This document shows, in pieces, positions 61,301 through 64,000 of a DNA stretch of 64,000 bases (position 1 is the stretch's first letter; every line of letters starts with the position of its first letter). The stretch comes from Carcharhinus amblyrhynchos. Lineage: Eukaryota. Below the pieces are notes generated by a model that had not been told where the DNA came from, made no database searches, and worked only from the letters and a program-made list of their open reading frames with translations. The stretch covers positions 45,446,001-45,510,000 of the forward strand of contig OZ336889.1 of the NCBI GenBank assembly GCA_965287045.1, read 5' to 3'. Both the position numbers and the translations under genes were made by a program.

Positions 61301-64000
61301 TCCATGGCGCCTTTCGCGATATCAGGATGTCCTGAGGTTCATCACAATCAATGTAGTTTTGAAGTGTGGTCACTGTTATGATATGGGAATCACGGCAGAA
61401 AACTTGTGCACATCAAACTTCCGCAAGCAGAAAGTCATCACAGCATAATCATTTCCAATGATGTTCATTGAAGGGAAAATTGTTTTTGAATACTTTCATG
61501 GATTGATTTCATGGATTTATTTTCTTTAATGGAGGCATATGGACCACGTAGGGGCAAGAAAATATTAGATTCGAGGGCATCTATATCGACACAGATTTGT
61601 TGGGCCGAAGGGTCTGTTCCTGTGCTATATTGTTCTTTCAATAAAAAAATCACATCTACATGAGATACAAAAGGGAGACACGGTTTCATGACTCTTAAGG
61701 ATGTCATAGTCAACAGAATGGCATGACTAAAGAATGCAATTCTGTCGAAATGCTGTAAATCAGGTTCAGTGGCCAGGAAACAATGTACCAGGTTTAATTT
61801 TCTTTGTCCAATGCCTACGGGATTCATCAATCTAATTGCTAAGTGGCTGTACCGTCATTAGTAGAACCTAGGCAGAGTTCTTCAGCTGGCACAGGAGATA
61901 GAGCAGGTTTGCAGCTTTCAGAACCGTGCTTGGTCAAAGGCCGCATTGGCTAACAGGCTGTGCAATTGAATGTGGATATCTGTGATGAAGCCAAAATCAG
62001 CAGTCACACGCTCAAGCAAAGGATGGATTGAAACCTTGCATTGTTTCTATTAAAGTCTTGTTCTGACCGTTTTCAATCTGGTTTTAGCAAACTTCTTCAT
62101 CTTGTGATTGATCAACGTGGGCCAAGCGAATGAAAATTAAATTACTTCCTATTCCCTTCGTCGGTAATCTACACCAGAAAACACTTAACAACCTGGACAT
62201 AAGGACATAAGAAAGAGGAGCAGGAAGATGACCTTTTGCCCTTCGAATCTGTTGCGCCATTCAGCAAGGTCATGAACAGATCATCCACCTCAAGACTACC
62301 TTCCTGCGCTATCCCCAAATTCGATAATTAGCTTAATAAGTCAAAATAAATCTCCGGCTTGAATAAACACAGTGACTGCGATTCCACAGCTCTGTGCGTA
62401 GAAAATTGAAATATTATAAATATGTTGCACATTGTGGGGGTGCAAGTCTTGATCCTGTCCAAACACTGCTCTCTAAACGCAGCCAACGCGATAATGACCA
62501 ATTTATTCCTGTTTCCTGTTTTCTGTCCATTCACCAATTTAAGGTTCTAGATTTTTGCCTGCGCTTGGTGCTAGACTCACTGTCCTCTGATTCCACAATT
62601 TTTTCCCCTCCTTTCATAAATTTCAGGATTGACTTTGCCACATTCCAACCTTCGAGAACTATTGCAGAATCAAGGGATTCCGGAAGTTTGACTACAATTT
62701 CTCCTTGCAGTTACCTCGGTTAAACTATATGCTTTAGAACCTCAGTCCCATGGGATTTGTCACGATTTATTCTCATTATTTTCACATCTACAACTTCTTG
62801 TCTTATACTGATTTATTTAACTTCTTCGTTCTTGCTGAAACATTGATTTCTAATTATCTTTGGATTGATTCTCTTTCGTAATTCCATATGATTTCACCAA
62901 TTTTTGCCGCTAACCACACATTTATATCAATGGATAACTTCTTATCTCTATATGTTTAGATGAAGCTGTATTTAGGACTCTTGCTAGTCAATCTTTGCTC
63001 CGACCTCATGAATTTCTTGGTTCTCCTCTGTTGAACTCTGAAAACCCCAAAACTCCTATCTTACAACTCTTTTGAATATACCCTATATGGAAATGGGATT
63101 ACAATAGGTAGGTCTGTGATGGTCGGTGCAGTCACGGTGGGCCAAAGGGCTTCTTTCTGTGCTGTTAAGTGCTATGACTTTGAGTATTTCACATGACTCT
63201 ATAACAGTGGTGAAATTTGTTTCCGGATAAATTTGCGCCTTGTTTACTGAATGGTCCTCACTAATCCCTATGAAGTATTAGATTTGGCAAATTTTGTTCG
63301 TCAATAAGAGACAGGTAAAAACGTATTGCATTTGATCTTCGGTCAGTTCATTTATTCATCAGCTTTATTTGGAGATTCTAACACTGATCCAAAACTGAAT
63401 CTACAATGACCATATTGCTTTGATTGATTTGATTTGCTGCATTTTAATTAATATTATCTGATGCATAAAGGTAATTGATAAAGAGCCTTTCATTATTATG
63501 GCAATCGTATTTCACCAGACTCTGCAACAGCGTGGGTCTTTTTCCAAATAATTTTAATGCGTAAATCAGCAGAGAAATAGAGTGAAGCCAGATACAAGGA
63601 GCTTTAAACACTATAACAAAGAGGTTTCTGAGATTTAATGCAAGAGTGTATAAGTGGAACCCTTAATGGGGTGGTAAGATTTTTGAACCAGTAGACGTTA
63701 AGGCACTGACAGAACTAGCAGCATTCGGTTAAATCACTGTTAAAATAGGTTTATCAGCGAACAAGAAGCAATTTACACATATGAGATGCACTACCTGATT
63801 CAACCGAATGATTGTGATTATAAAACACATATGCTGATATTTTGGATGTATTGTTATTGATTTTAAGAATATTGTTCACTTTAGTCATGGAGCATTTTAC
63901 CGCAAGGCATCATGATAAAAGTCATTACGGCAAGCCAAATTTCGAGACAATCTTCGGCCTTGGTATGCAGGTTTTATCAGTAAAAGTTTCAAATGGAAGG

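Larger units (their letters stand above)
44093..64000. repeat. Tandem segmental duplication unit 3 (more diverged, truncated by window end)
   Basis: Collinear with units 1 and 2 with several indels. The window end corresponds to ~20866 of unit 1. Confidence 0.93.

Overview
Vertebrate genomic DNA, almost certainly from a cartilaginous fish (shark-type SINEs and CR1 LINEs, shark-type Ig light-chain C domain). The window is a head-to-tail array of three ~21.6-22.5 kb units (starting about 1, 21626 and 44093). Each unit carries one complete minus-strand Ig light-chain cluster: octamer/TATA promoter, leader exon, a germline-joined in-frame VJ exon with no RSS, a ~2.6 kb intron and a lambda-type C exon. 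A fourth cluster is predicted just past the right edge. The V domains have an extended 11-residue CDR2 (lambda-2/VpreB-like). Most notable: (1) the paralogs differ by runs of contiguous substitutions concentrated in the CDRs, resembling shark somatic hypermutation but apparently in the germline; (2) cluster 2 has a mutated octamer; (3) each promoter has an upstream Penelope-type minimal hammerhead motif; (4) a decayed second copy of the C 3' end lies downstream of the genes; (5) there is a locally templated 62-bp inverted insertion; (6) each unit has its own young CR1 insertion. The spacers are otherwise mostly CR1, SINE, Harbinger and low-complexity relics, and most short ORFs in the track are spurious. 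All alignments and counts were done by eye.
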